From NCBI GenBank assembly GCA_051294905.1, contig CM119372.1, positions 34,970,001 through 35,034,000 of the forward strand: a stretch of DNA of 64,000 nucleotides, read 5' to 3'. Both the position numbers and the translations under genes were made by a program. Below, in pieces: positions 24,043-38,079 of this stretch. This DNA comes from Botryllus schlosseri. Lineage: Eukaryota. Below the pieces are notes generated by a model that was not told the DNA's origin, searched no databases, and saw only the letters and a program-made list of their open reading frames with translations. Position 1 is the stretch's first letter, and each line of letters starts with the position of its first letter.

Positions 24043-24610
24043 GTGAGTGTAACGCTTTTATATTCAATACGGTGTCCCAATTGAGGATAGTGACCTACTG
24101 GAAGGTAGGCTACGATTCAATACGAGACAGAACACATAATCAAGGCTCCGCTAGTAATAAGAATTTTGATAGTGTTGTGAAGCAGTGACCTGTTGCTACA
24201 TATAATGAGTGCAATGAAACCCACTAGCGTAGTCGACGTGACCTTTGGAATGATGTATCTGCTTATTAGTCGAGTAGGCCTGCCGGTTGCCCGATCGGTG
24301 TCGGATGATCGTGGCATACCACCCAGAGATTGGTCACGATCAGACCGACAACATTTCTGGTATGCACAATTTTAATGACGGCATGTTCACTGTTATTGCG
24401 AGAGACAAGTCTTTCGTTAATTTGAAAAGGTTGAAAAATTATTTCAACAATTATTTCATTGAGCATTCCCCATTTATATAAATCAGTAACAGTTAGTTTG
24501 AGACGACAGGAACATTTTCAGGTGGTCCACGGACCTATTTACAGTTTTGTACAGTAGCATGAATTCATCGTAGAATTGAATTGAAGGATCCTAAATATCA
24601 TCATGTAGAG

Positions 24611-25797
24611 CAGTGGTTCCCAACCTTTATCGACCCACGTACCATTTCGAGGCTTCATGCAGTGCTCGCGTACCACCTACATATGTTCCACAATTTTTGA
24701 TGTCATAATCGCATATTTGACCTATGCGAGGTGTAATCAAAAATTCTGTTAAACTAGGCATTATCAGCCAGGGTTGATGGAATGCATGGCATTGTTTATT
24801 CGATCACCACCAGTGACAAGGAGAACAACATAATGAAATTTAAGGCGATGGCTGCATTTGTTTATTTTTCACTAGCTGTTCGATGCGTGACTCACAGCAT
24901 AGTGTCCTATATGGTGTGGACACAGGCATATCTTTCTCGGCTCAGTGAAATTGGTCGTCGTCACACTTTCCATTTGATCAAAGGCAACTTTACGGTCATT
25001 TTTGAACGGCTTGCCGAGCGCTAAAATGGATAAAGCGGGTATCAATGGAAAGCTGCTGCTGTAGTGAACACGAAAATACAAATTTTAGTTTGCTCCTGGT
25101 CCCAGAACCCCCCAAAACCTGCCTCGAATTTTGCATTGTGATCGAGTTTCGAATTGTGACGCAGCAATGCTGCCTGGCTTTTTCTTTCTTAGCTTCACAC
25201 TCATTTTCCCAGACAGAATTGTTGTGTCAGAATGTTAAAGCTCGGTTACAATGCAAAATTCGAGGCTGGTTGTCGGGATTCCAGGACCAGGAACAGAATA
25301 AAATTTATATTTTCGTAACCAGTACAGAAACAGCTTTCCATTGATACCCGTTTTATCGAATTTAGCGCTCGACAAGCCGGTCAAAAATGGCCGTAAGGTT
25401 GCCTTTGTTGCCAAATAGAAAATGTGGCGGAAACTAATTTCACTGAGCTCTGAGATTTGCTTGTGTCCACACCATATAGGACACTACACTTTCGTCTTTG
25501 GTGTCTGGTCATCCTGGATTCATATGAGCTCCTCTTGCTCCCCAGTCCCGACAGGCAGGTCGGATGGATCAACAGAGAATAGACCGGTCTTGTAGGCACA
25601 ACATGTCACAGTGGTGAGAAAAAAAAACGTACCTTACCACGGACATACCATCCCACGACGACGACGGCTTTAAAAAACTCAAAATCAACCCCACCTGAAC
25701 TAAAAATCTCTTCATTGAAAAAAAATCTACTCGCGTACCACCTGGAAGACCTTCGCGTACCACTAGTGGTACGCGGACCACAGGTTGGGAACCACTG
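24611..25797. mobile_element. hAT-Charlie-like element carrying a nested foldback MITE
   Basis: TIRs CAGTGGTTCCCAACC / GGTTGGGAACCACTG; TSD ATGTAGAG (24603-24610, 25798-25805). Confidence 0.9.
24898..25486. mobile_element. Second, more diverged copy of the CATAGTGTCC foldback MITE family
   Basis: Same termini and long TIRs as 11991-12528; right end eroded and TSD not readable. Confidence 0.85.
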
Positions 25798-25808
25798 ATG
25801 TAGAGCAT

Positions 25809-26340
25809 CAGGGGTCATCAACGCTGGGCCCACGGGCTCCAGGTAGCCCGCGAGGACCAGATGAGTGGCCCGCAAGGCTGTCCTAAAATAGATCGAATTT
25901 TGATTTTTTGAAATTTGACACATAGCTTGTTTCTCTAACAGTCAACGCAGTTTAGTACCATGTTTCTAACTTTCAGTAATCGTTGCTGCTGTCAGGTTTA
26001 ATGATATTTCTCAAGTCTGGATACTGAAAGGTTGGAAATTGAAATTGTAACACTGCAAAATGAACTCCACCTCAAAGTCCACCAGGCTGCAGCAAACTTT
26101 TGGTCCCTTGATGGCCCGGAAAAGTACAGTGGTGCATGCGCAGCAGCTATGAAGGTTGCAAGCATGTTCGGTTCAACTTGTTGATGTGAATCAGCCTTTT
26201 CGGACATGAACTTCATCAAAAACAAATAAAGCACTCGCCTCACTTTGGCACATCTGGAACACTCACTCAGAGTCACGGTGTCAAGTCACATACCAGAGTT
26301 TAGAGCACTAGCATGCAATGCCAGGCTTACCACCGACTGA
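25809..26340 (+). pseudogene. hAT-Charlie element end plus transposase C-terminal (dimerisation) remnant
   Basis: CAGGGGTCATCAAC end; + strand reads FWSL..EKY..KVASMFGSTC*CESAFSDMNFIKNK*STRLTLAHLEHSLRV. Confidence 0.8.
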
Positions 26341-27309
26341 TATACATTCATGATTTCTTAGTAGCTGGTGACTCCTGCTGTATAGGCTATGATGCACTCG
26401 TGCATCTCATCAGCGTCCTGTGCTAGGGGTTTTAACTGCTTATAACTAGGCAAATTTTTTGACATGTCAAAAACATTCAAAATTAGTTCAAAATTGTAGC
26501 AAAACATTCAAAAAATGTCATTTCCTTTGTATCGTACATTTTGCACTGCCGGGAAAATTATCATTTGACATTCTATAGCTTATAGCCTACTTTATAGGCC
26601 TACCGTTGTAGAAGACCCATTGTCTGCTCATTGTGAATCATAAACATTCAAATGAAACATACAGGTTGACATGGTGTTATGCTCAAGGTATCACCATAGT
26701 TTTCACGGGGTTCTTTCAATGTAGTTCCAGCTTATAAGTGTCATATTCATTTTTCATTCATTAGCAATTTCATCATCCAAACTCTATCACAGGCCTCTAT
26801 CGCCTGTAACACGATGTTTGGTCATACCGAAGTGTCGAAATTCGCCACCGTAAATACTATAAATTCAAAAATGGTCGAAATTTCAATTTAAGATTGCACG
26901 GCCTTTACTGGCCGGAATTGACCCGAATTTGGTCTGTAGCGTATTTTTTAGGCAACCTGACAATTTCATCAATTAGCGAGTGAAATTTGAAAAAAAAAGT
27001 AATTTTTGAACAACCCTACTGAGCAGTCAACGCAATGACTTGGACTCTGACTCGAGTCATAATACCATGACTCGGAATCGACCCTCCGCTCAATGACTTG
27101 GACTGGGACTTGACTCGTTGGTGAACTAACAATGACTCGACTTGACTCGAGTCAAAACTATAAAAGTGAGATTGACTTGTGACTCGGAGCCTTGTGACTT
27201 GATTACAACCCCGCATTGTACATAATTGCAAGGGCGTGGCCAGGGTGTCTCGGGGGTCGTGTTTGAGACCTACTGTGCTAATGGTGGTACGGTAACCTCG
27301 AGCCATGAT

Positions 27310-29019
27310 CAATGTTCCCTCTAATTTTTCACGAGTCTGCGCAAACACACCAACTCACTGCGCAGGCCCATGGACAGCACTGCGCAACCAGGCCCCCATA
27401 GGGTGATAAATCAAGCTTATGGGGGGCTTCGCCCCCCAGACCCCCTTGTGCTAGACGCTTTTTGCCGATACTCGTCATCTAGATTGGTGTCCGTTTAGTG
27501 GGTGTGTCGCCTGATCGCGCACAGCGCGAGAATTTCTTATAATTCATGACATAGTCGGTATATTGCTATCAATTTTTATGCTTTGTGTTTTGTGCTTTTT
27601 ATGCTTTTATGTTTTGCCTTCATTAAAAGCGATCAGTATAAACAGTGACAAGCAGAACTAGCGAGTATTCTTTCAACGTTGGCCACACAGGCAAGCTGCT
27701 AGCCAAACACATGAAGCGACAAAAATGGACGCTTGTAACCGCAAGTACTATAGACACCGAATCGTAATTTTGCGCGACCATCTGTGAAATAACAATAAAT
27801 CCGTGAGCATGGGGACATATAGATTACTAGTAGACGTGCGTACCAGAGGTGTTCAGTAACGAAGTACTTCTACTTTTTGAAGTAGTTCAAGTAGATTTTT
27901 CCAACTCGCACTACCAATTAAGTAGTTATAATTTTATACTACTTTTACTTGACAGTTTTCAGTTTGTTAGGCAAAAATAGACGTGGAATAGCCTACCTAC
28001 TTATTTACTTGCGAAGCGCCTCTCCTACTTCTACTTGAGTAGAAATTCCGGCGTTACTTTTACTTCTATTCAAGTAGCGACGGTGACTCTTTGACCACCT
28101 CCGGTACGTACACGCACGAGGACACCCTTCAAATCAATACATGTGTCGATGTAGGCCTACAGCGTTAAAACACTTATGTGACGTCTTAATAACGTCAATG
28201 CACTCATTACAATCAGGACAAAATGATACGAATATGCAAGGCTGACTGAAGCAAGAACAGTATTAGCGTATGACCTTATCGACAGAAGATTCCCGTTCAA
28301 ACGAATCGAATAAAATCAAAATTTGGGCTGCTGGGAAGCTGATGTAATTCAACGCCTTACAGTGCGCAGTTGAAGCATTTCCCGATCAACGTTTGCAAGG
28401 GGATGGATTTTTTCAACAATATTGGAGCTTGTACTTGGATATTTTGCATATTAGCCTGTCTCACCATACTTGATCAGATTTGCATGATGTAAGTGATGAC
28501 TTCGAAAATTCACGGCATGTAATTGTACCGTAAATCTTATGCGATGTTTATGCCACGCGGAAAATATTATTCGTAAGTTTCTCGCAGACTAACTTCGAGC
28601 TAACCCATTGTTATTTATAACTTTGACAAACCATGTTATTTCGCCATTCTCAGAAAAGATTGCACTATTGAAAGGATATCAGTATCGCTCACGCGTACGA
28701 GACCATATACTAAAAGAAACTCTTTCGTGAGGCGCCCGTCATTGTAAATTATCAGTTCTTCGCAGAGCGCAATATTTACCTTTACGGGCCGCACTCGTAC
28801 TTCGGTTTCAGACTTCAGCGATAACACTATTTGCCCCTGGCAATGTTCCCTCTAATTTTTCACGAGTCTGCGCGCTTGCCCGGTCCTTTGTAGAACTGTG
28901 CGATTCGAGTAAAAAAAATCATCACTTCAGATTTCTTGTGCGCAGCTTAGATTTTGTGTGCGCAGAGACCGTTTCAGCAGTACGCATTTACGCACGTGCG
29001 CAGCTAAGAGGGAACATTG
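27310..29019. mobile_element. Composite hAT-type element with CAATGTTCCCTCTA TIRs
   Basis: TSD GCCATGAT (27302-27309, 29020-29027); a second left end at 28841. Confidence 0.88.
27844..28103. mobile_element. hAT MITE with TACTT/AAGTA repeats, nested
   Basis: Ends CAGAGGTG / CACCTCCG; TSD GTGCGTAC / GTACGTAC (7/8). Confidence 0.75.
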
Positions 29020-29794
29020 GCCATGATTAGTATTTAGCATTTCCAATACGTTGCAATCTTGTTCATCCTTATTTCAACAGGCCAAAGGTGGCTAACCTGC
29101 AGACTACGGTCGCATGTAGCCGTTGAACAATAATTATGCGGCCCAAATACACATAATTAAATTAGCGCGTGTTGGCGACAGTCAATATGCAATTTGAATT
29201 AACGAATTGGTTCTCCAATCTTCGAGGAATTTTAATTAAACTTGAAAATGTTATTCACGCCTGGCGCGATACAGTGTTACATGGATTTTTCGTTTTTAAT
29301 ATGATAGTATAGAATCTGAGCCCCATAGCTTAAATGCGAACTAGAAAGGAAAATGACGTACCCCATACACAAATGACAAGTATCGGAATCGTGTGCGCCT
29401 CACGAATGAAAGTTATTTTCGTACGTTTGGGCGATTGCAATAGATATTTCGATATCCCTATAATCCTGACGGGCGGTCAACATGAAACAAAGTGATTAAT
29501 AAAAACCGGGAAATGCATCATCATTAATTTTGTGCCAAAAAATTTCAAAGACTCCCCCTCCATCAGCTCTAGCGGTTAATCTAATCACGTGGGCTAAGAA
29601 TGGATAAATACTTGACAGTAATATATCAAAACACCATTAGTATCGACGAGATTAACTTTTCAGATGAAAACATTTATCGCGCTCTGCGCGACTAGAAAGA
29701 AAATCCAGATAACTTTTCTTAATATTTAAACTCGCTATTTTGGATAGTAATCCTGCGGATACTGATACAATTAAAAACTTTTATACGCGAGGTA

Positions 29795-30756
29795 GGGGAG
29801 ATGTGGTACCGATGGGTCACTGGGACCGAAAATACTTTGAAAATTCTCTATGGTAATTCCATGATTACACTCCGTGAACTTGTCTACAATTGCATGCAGG
29901 CAACATCTTTCCTCACATACAAAAAAATTCGACGTGGGGGAACTATGGGGTCTCTCACAGGTGCTTTTTGTTTTGGGGGGTGTAAACTAAATTTAGATCG
30001 ACATATACATTTTTCTTTGTAACCTTCAACACGAACAAACCAGCAATCATTTTTATTGTGAAGTCTAGGGCTTGTATCAGGCTATATAATGGAACCTATT
30101 ATTTTTTTCAGTACTTTCCTTGAGTGGAATTTTTTTCGATTCATGTACAAAATTAGTAGGGTGGGGACCGATGATACAATAGCCAAATCAAGCAAAATAA
30201 TCAAGCATACTAATCATGAAACAAATGAAACATGACTACGTACAGAAAATCTTTATGTAGTAATTGCATATGATGTTTTATCGCTATAACGAGGTCTTTG
30301 GAAGTCACACTGTCGATTTTCGGGCAATATGTATGTACCCTCAAATTTATAAGTCCGAGCCTAAATCGAAACGTGATTTTATGACAACATTTGAGTCAAT
30401 ATTTAATCTATATTTTGACTGTTGCGACCGAAAATTCTTCTTTGGCTTGCTGTAGCTTAGATTATAATACTGAGCAAGAAAAGTTGTCACATCTGAGTTT
30501 TTTAGGGTATATGTGTCATAGGTCCCCGGGTCGTGTGCCATTGGACCCACCGGGTGGGGACCGATGAAACGTTCGAGCAACAAATTTTAAACGTCCATAA
30601 ATATTTTTTGAAAAGACGGATATTAATGTATATGTGCGCGATAGGTAGAGCTTGTATCAAAGTGCTGAGCCAGCAAAAGATCTGCTGTTTTCGGCTGAAC
30701 ATTTTGGGGCCAGCGATCATTTTCCAATTTTTGATCCATCGGTACCACATCTCCCC
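29795..30756. mobile_element. Non-autonomous Tc1/mariner-pogo-type element
   Basis: TIR GGGGAGATGTGGTACCGATGG / CCATCGGTACCACATCTCCCC, flanked by TA on both sides. Confidence 0.8.
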
Positions 30757-30937
30757 TATATCTCAAGACATCAGTGATAGGACAGAACACGAACAGGGCA
30801 CTCCACGGTGCGGAGTTTTCGGTACCCAATTTAACATGAGTATAAGTACGGACGTGAATAATAAAATGCTCGAAAACCCCTGGATTAGGCTTATACGGAA
30901 TCAGTGTGTTATGTGGTCAGGGCTCAGCGGTGTACGA

Positions 30938-32348
30938 CAGACTTGTACAAACTAAACATTTAGTTAGTTGACGGTCAACTGACTAACAGTTTGTTGAGTA
31001 GTTCTAGTTGTAGTTGTAGTTGCGGATTTTGAAAATTCCGTAGTTCTAGTTCTAGTTGTATTTGCAGATTTTGAAAATTCAGTAGTTCTAGTTCTAGTTA
31101 TAGTTGCACATTTCAAAAAAATATTAGTTGCCGAACAACTAGAAAACACTTGTGTGTCCTGCCCTGCGCGATGAGAACTCTCCTCGCGTCACAAGTGAGG
31201 TTACTTAGGGTTACTAATGTGATCATGACAAAGTATCAAAGGCTCATTGTTGGATCATAGTCAATTCATTGATTATGCCGAGTTCACTGATAAATTTACA
31301 ACAATCGACAGTGCGCAGCGCACGCGATCTCCCGCTGAGGTTGTTTACTAATTGGAATGTGAACTAGTGATCTCCTGCTGTGCGATGGCGAGTATTATCT
31401 CGGAACTGAGCTGTCGCGTCTGTTAAATTTACGGTATTTGATTCGTGATGATGATGCCGACCACGCCTGCCCAGGCACAAAAAAAAGACGATCTGGATTC
31501 GCCCAAGGTATCTTTACAAAGGAAATTGCAGAAATTGCCTGGGTCGTCTCTTCCTGGCTCTCAAACGCACAAGAAACCGAGACTCTCACTCTGCAACTTT
31601 CCACCTCCAAGTCCGTGTCGTCCGCTTGAAGTTAAATCCGGCCCGTCTGAGGTTGTTTGTTTGTTTGTTCTGGGGTATTCATGGTGTTTGTCGACTACTA
31701 TGGTCATTTACACCAGGCCATCTGAGGTTAAAAAGTATGCCAGGGAACAGCGACTACTCCTGGGTCAGAATATGCTAAACTGTTGGCGGAATATGACCGA
31801 CTTGCCATAATTACGGAACTTGGCGAAAGATTTTCTTGGGATGACTGTAACATCTGCGCCCAGTGAAAGGGCTTTCTCGCATGCTGGGATTTTGTATTCC
31901 CCAAAGAGGGCAAAATTCAACGAAAAAACATTTTCGCGACTCATGCTGATTCGCTGCAATCAGCAACCGCTGCAGAAAATGGTTTGGTTTTGTTTATTCT
32001 GTACTGATTACAGAATAGTTCTGTCTGTCTGATTTTTCAGTATTTTCGTTGTACCGACGTTCATGTGGAAGGCTGGAACGCCGAATTCGAATAAAATAAA
32101 AATGAACGAGTTGATTGAGAATTAAATTTAGTTAGTTGTGTTTTAGTTAGTTAGTTGCCGATATTTAAATTTCGTTAGTTCTAGTTATAGTTCTAGTTGC
32201 GAGTTTCGAAAATTGAGTAGTTCTAGTTCAAGTTGCGGAATTTGAAAATTGGGTAGGTCTAGTTCTAGTTGCGAGTCTTAAAAATTGAGTAGTTCTAGTT
32301 ATAGTTCTAGTTGCGCTTTTTGAAAATTCAGTAGTTTGTACAAGTCTG
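30938..32348 (+). mobile_element. Internally deleted hAT element with TAGTTC repeats and a dimerisation-domain remnant
   Basis: TIRs CAGACTTGTACAAACTA / TAGTTTGTACAAGTCTG; TSD GTGTACGA; ~31720-31970 reads CWRN..LP*LRNLAKDFLGMTVTSAPSERAFSHAG. Confidence 0.92.
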
Positions 32349-32526
32349 GTGTACGAGTTTTGAGTAAACGTTAAAAGGGTGTACCACGGCGAAAAAGGTT
32401 GAAGAGCACTATTACACATAACCATATATTGGCTAAATGCCGGGGATGTGCGACATTTTGAAGCATACCGAAGTCAGTTGGAATGGATTCAAATATTAGG
32501 CCCGATTAATTTTGGAAAATGTATAT

Positions 32527-35229
32527 TAGGGTTGTTCAAAATTTGGAAAATGTTTGGAATTATGCGTGTCCATCGCTTATTCTGTAGATTATTGTTAAAA
32601 AACAATAATGGGCTTGAAAGAAGCTCGCAGGAAAGCCGCTAACATTTGTCTAAATGCGTTTGAAAGTCGTTGTTGAAGAGTGGGCGGGCAACCGACAGCA
32701 GAGGCGGGCAATCACGAAACCACGGTTCGTGCGATCACTTCAAAACTTGCACGAAAGATGGCGTGATCTGAAGAAGAATCCGAAACAGGAAAGTGATCCC
32801 AAGGGTAAGAGGAGAAAATTCACTGATAATTTGGACAAGCTGTGGGATATGGGAAGTAGAGAGGCCATAACAACAATAGAAAATGACATTTATCTATCAC
32901 ATGAAAGAATGCTTGAAGACAAGTTCAAGTTCTGACTATGATGCTGATGTTGGACTTGGCACCTCGACCCAATCCATTAAACTGATGGCACCTAAAAATA
33001 TTATGAAAAATACGCATGTGTCCCAAGCTCTGGATCGATTGCAAGTAACTGACAACGATCCAACGATGCTGATGGGAGCATTTATTAAGGCTTGTGGAGG
33101 AGATATAGCCATGTTCTCCCTGTCAAGATCTTCAACGAAGAGAGCCAGGGAAACAAATCGCCTGGAAATATCTCAGGACATTTTTGAAAAATTTGCCGAT
33201 AATAGACCACAGCATGTTGCCATTCATTGGGATGGAAAGCTCACAGAGGATAGATTAGGAAATCGATATGAAGCTTTGTCAATTGTTCTATCTTGTCAAA
33301 CTCAATACTCGGAAGGAAAACTACTTGGAATTCGGAAGATACAAAATGCGGCTGGTCGAACACAAGCTGAAACTACTTTCGACATAATTAAAAAGTGGGA
33401 TATACAAGATGCTGTAACAGCTTTGGTTTTTGACACCACAGCAAGCAACAGCGGCTGGAAGAAGGGTGCAGCGAAGATCCTTGATGACCTTCTAGGAAAG
33501 AAGGTTTTTTACCATGCGTGTCGGCACCATGTGTATGAGCTAGTGTAGTCAAAGTCGTCTGGAAATGTTTATTTGGAAAAGCAACAACCGGACCAGAGAA
33601 CACATGGTTTGCCCACCTTAAGAAGAGCTGGAGCAGTCTTGACAGAAAACAGCAATTCAAGACTCTGACTATTCCTATATGCTTTAAAGAACGAGCAGCA
33701 ATGACAGTTGAGAACTTCAAGCTACTACTCGCCAGAAAAGATTTCTTCACACGGGATGACTACAAACAATGTGTGACTAATGCTCTTGCTCTTCTCGGCG
33801 CAGATGGAGATATACATCATCACAAACCTGGTGCAACACACCATGCAAGGTGGATGGGCACAATTCTGTATGCTCAGAAGATGTTCATGTGGGCTGATCA
33901 GTTACATTACAAATCTGAAGAAGTGGAACTGCTGCATCGCTTCAATTTATTTTTAGTTGTCTTTTATATCCCTGCCTGGATTGCTTCCAGCATCGGTCGT
34001 GATGCAGCCGGTAATGACTTGAGATTCATCCAGGACATGTTGAGTTACAAGGAACATGATGACCAAGTTTGATGACCAAGCTTCCAAAGCTGCTTCACAA
34101 AAGCTTTTGAAGCATGACTGGTATATCGTGGAGGAAACCGCTGTATATGCCTTGTTTTCGCCGAGTGAAAGCAATGGAACCCGAGAAATTATGGCAAAGA
34201 CGCTCCTGCAGGTAGAGCTAACTCCAAGTTTCAGGAGAGGCCCGCCCTCGTTGAATGCAACTGTACACATCAACAAGGACACTACTTTGTCTGATTTTAT
34301 TGGGCCACAGTCGTGGTACATATTTGATGTTTTTGAATGCTCTGGGGCGTGGCTAGCTCAACCGGTTGATGTTTGGCACTTATCAGATTCCTACACCAGA
34401 ATGAGCTCCTACATCAGTGACAATGAACAACAAAGAGACAGTCTGCTTCAAACTGTGGAACGGCATAGGAAGACAGTTGGAGACAGCAGGAAGTCAACTC
34501 TAATCAAAAGCCTGTAATCTGCAACTTGTGCCTGACAATGCAACACTGATCTGCAACGTACTTTTTTTATTGTCTTTTGTAAATAGTGCTTTTCGCCTTC
34601 ATTCAATTGTGAATAAAAAGTGTAATATGCGTTCGTTTATGGGTGAGACGTCGACTAGTCATAACAAGTACTACTGAGATGTTGACTCCTGGTGGTAAAT
34701 TTTTGAGTTTCACTCACTGTCAGTAACTTTTGGAAAGGTTGAAGGTAGCAAGATGCATGCATCTAGTTTATTCGTATCTCAACTAGCGAGAGCACCTGTG
34801 CAATACATAGCACTTATACACATTCTGCAGTTGAATATTAACTTAGGCGGTTGCAATGTTGTACTATGGACTCTTGATGACAACATTAACAAAGGCAATA
34901 TATCATGTCTGTAATGCCACCAACAGAAACGACTGCACAACAGCACGCAAAAATCGTTACCAGCAGTGTTCACAAAGTCGGTCTTTCAGCCAATCATTAG
35001 CTTATTATTACCGGCTTCAACCAATCAGGATTAATGGCTTCTCTTTGCCCGCCCACTTCATCGATTCCCCGCCCACTCGCCGACGGCTACTTTCAAACGC
35101 ATTTAGACAAATATTACCGGCTTTCCTGCGAGCTTCTTTCAAGCACATTATTGTTTTTTAACAATAATCTACAGCATAAGCGATGGACACGCAGAATTCC
35201 GAACATTTTCCAAATTTTGAACAACCCTA
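32527..35229 (+). mobile_element. hATm-type DNA transposon
   Basis: ~140-bp TIRs starting TAGGGTTGTTCAAAATTTGG; TSD ATGTATAT (32519-32526, 35230-35237). Confidence 0.9.
32654..34517 (+). pseudogene. hATm-type DDE transposase with frameshifts and stops
   Basis: Motifs IHWDGK, VFDTTASNSG, ACRHHVYEL, RDDY, PGATHHARWM and HDWY spread over four ORF fragments. Confidence 0.85.
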
Positions 35230-35321
35230 ATGTATATACAGGATGTATATAAGGATTGTAAGCGTTTTTGTAAGTCGTTTTAACTACATCGACAACCTAA
35301 TAATTTATGGCACTATTTCAG

Positions 35322-36755
35322 AAAACACACTCAGACACATAGACGATACTTCATCAAGAGTACGAGATGATGTGAATGTTCACGAACTCATTGCTGTCGT
35401 TAACGGCAATACTTGGCGAGAAACAGAGCATGGCATTCTTGACGACTTCATATACGAAGATCTCAACGAACCGATATTCCAAGTTTTCCCGCAGATACGA
35501 AGGGTCAATGCTGGTGATTATTATAAAGGCCGTTATATTGAGCCTAATCAAGAAAGTGATTTTCACCTTAGACGTGAAGGTGGCAATGGATTTATCTCAT
35601 TTAAAGAGTTGACGGCCCTAATATTAAAGTGTTTGGAATTCGGATTGGAGGAACACAGTGAAGTCATCGCCATCGTAGCACCGATGGGGTTTGGTAAATC
35701 AACACTGATGCGAAGAATAGCCCGGAAAGCTTTTGCTAACTGGTCTACAAAGAAAAAATACGGTGAAAAGCCATTTAAAATTAAAATGATACATTACATC
35801 GACATGAATAGTATTCAAAACGACAAATCCGTAACACCTTCGCACTTACTATTCGGTGGGATTTTTAACAATGATACAAAGAGGGATCAAGTGTATGAAT
35901 GGTTGATGGAAAATCAAGAAGATGCCATATTAATTTTCGATGGGCTAGATCAAGCAAACTTGGATCTCCTTGGAATCAAAGAACGAAAAATCCGAGAGTT
36001 TGAAAGTGCGAGCACGTCGGCGATCCTGTACAACATCCTATCACGGCAAATCCTCCGCAATGTGAGTATCGTTGTATCTTCCCGCGAATTTGGAATTTCG
36101 GAGTTACCCGCAAAAGCACGACCACAAAATATCATCGTCCTTACCGGTCTCACAGAACAGGATGCTCAACGACTGTTCGTTAATCTCATTGGTACCAAAG
36201 GTGCAGATGTTTGGAGGGATGTTAGTCTCATGTCTCCTGAAGCGCTTCATTTCATGTCGATTCCACTTTGTCTTGTAGTAATTGCTGCTTTAACGGGAAA
36301 ACATATCGACGGAGCACCAAATACAGCTACAGAACTTTACTACGCGATCTTATCAACACTCATAGGTTTACGAAATGTAAGAAATCATAATGCAATTTTT
36401 ACTATAATCACCAAACTGAAACCTATGGCATATCAAGGCACGAGGGATGGACGAAATATGTTCAGCAAAGCAAATTTAGATGAATTCGATATATCCGAAG
36501 AAGAGGTGCACGATTTAATGATGAAAGTCCCGGGCGAAAATATTTTCAGCTACCATTTGACGGATGAGGACTTCACATATTCATTCTTTCAACGAGGCGT
36601 ACAAGAATTTCTTGCAGCGATTTTTGTGGCTGAAATGCAGTTCGAGGACTTCCGTCACTGCATTGACCGCGATCACTCAGAAGAACACTGGCCGCTGGTT
36701 CGCAGCTTTACTGCGGGGGTTGTGTTCATGCAATCGCCATCCAAGCTGCACACAA
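35322..36755 (+). CDS. NLR gene, NACHT exon (phase 1-1)
   Basis: Acceptor TATTTCAG and donor GTAAGT; Walker A APMGFGKST, Walker B ILIFDGLDQ, sensor-1 VVSSRE, MSIPL and winged-helix YSFFQRGVQEFLAA; no stops. Confidence 0.9.
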
Positions 36756-38079
36756 GTAAGTCTAAAAATATGAAGCTACTGTTTAATTTACGGTTTTTAG
36801 GAAGACCGGTACAACTCAAACCTGCTTATTTCTAGTTGAAAATACGACCACGGCAATTCTCTACAAAATGATATGTTGGGTTCGACTAAATCGTGCTCTG
36901 GATGAGATGCAGTGTGTTATGTTAACATTGACATAATATTTAATGCATTTGCAATGAGAATTCCCGGCAAAAGCATTTTCGCATATTATTTGGTGACATA
37001 TTTGACTAAGTCGTGTTGTCACGAATATAAATGACCATGAGTGTTTTGTCTTGTAGTTCTCAGCCAGTGTTACGCCAACCACTTGTGGTGCCCGGGATAT
37101 ATGCCGATCTGCGCAGGACACATTCTGCAACATTCTTTGAATTACAATTATAATAAAATCATTCCGTGTAGCGCTGTTAGGTCAATCAATTGCACGACTT
37201 TGCACAGTGGTTCTAAAACATTTTTAGACATGCCCCCTTTATGATGGTAAAAATTTTCGCGCCCATATTGCAACCAGAATGCTAGCAATCCCAACGAATA
37301 GTCTGATATGGCTTGGAAAGTTATGACTATCGATGAGAGAATTTTCTTAAATGAAATTCGGACTATACACAATGCAATAACTATGAATTAGAGGTAAATC
37401 GCGCCGAGCACGAAAAAAAAATTCAGGTGACCACAGCTTTGTGTCCCCCTTCAGGTGCTTTCACGACCCCAGTTTGAGAACCACTGTATTAGCACAATGG
37501 AGTTGATGGCCCAATTATTTGGATCATCGTCATCGATTGGTGAAAAGTGCCAGAAAATACATACATAAGTTATGTAACTGAATCAAACTGTTTTCGGTAA
37601 AGTGTAATTTTCGATAAATTAGGTTACTCATAGAATTGACCAATGGCGTTCGTCCCAAGATGGGGTACTTGTAAAGCACTAAGAACACACCCTGGGGCTG
37701 GCGATCTTTTGTGAAAATCTCGTCTCAATCGGGGGTAACACCACCATTAAGACGGTCTGCTATAGCGCTGTTGCCACGATGATTCACTATACATACATAG
37801 TTATGCGATGGATCTCCTTTTCTAACAGTTATAAATGAAAGTAATAAATTCGATACAGAGCCTTGTGCTGATTTCCTTGCGGAGCTGTATGAGACTAATA
37901 GGACTATATTAGACAGGGGTCCTAAATGAATTTTTGTATGTTGTACATCCGTTATCATATATTCGTTATCATACAATTCAACCATTGGATATACATCCTC
38001 TCAAACATTTAGTAAACACATTTTTTTCTGAATTGGATGTAATTTATTCTGTAAAATGATTTTGATTGTTGCCTGTCAG

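Noticed and set aside
35243..35321. ATG at 35243 and stop at 36835 as true NLR boundaries
   Set aside because: Consensus splice sites at 35321 and 36756 with matching phases suggest the ORF extensions are intronic.
37205..37486. Intronic hAT MITE (CAGTGGTTCT...AGAACCACTG)
   Set aside because: The ends match but the flanks ACTTTGCA / TATTAGCA give no convincing TSD; probably an old MITE, not listed as a feature.
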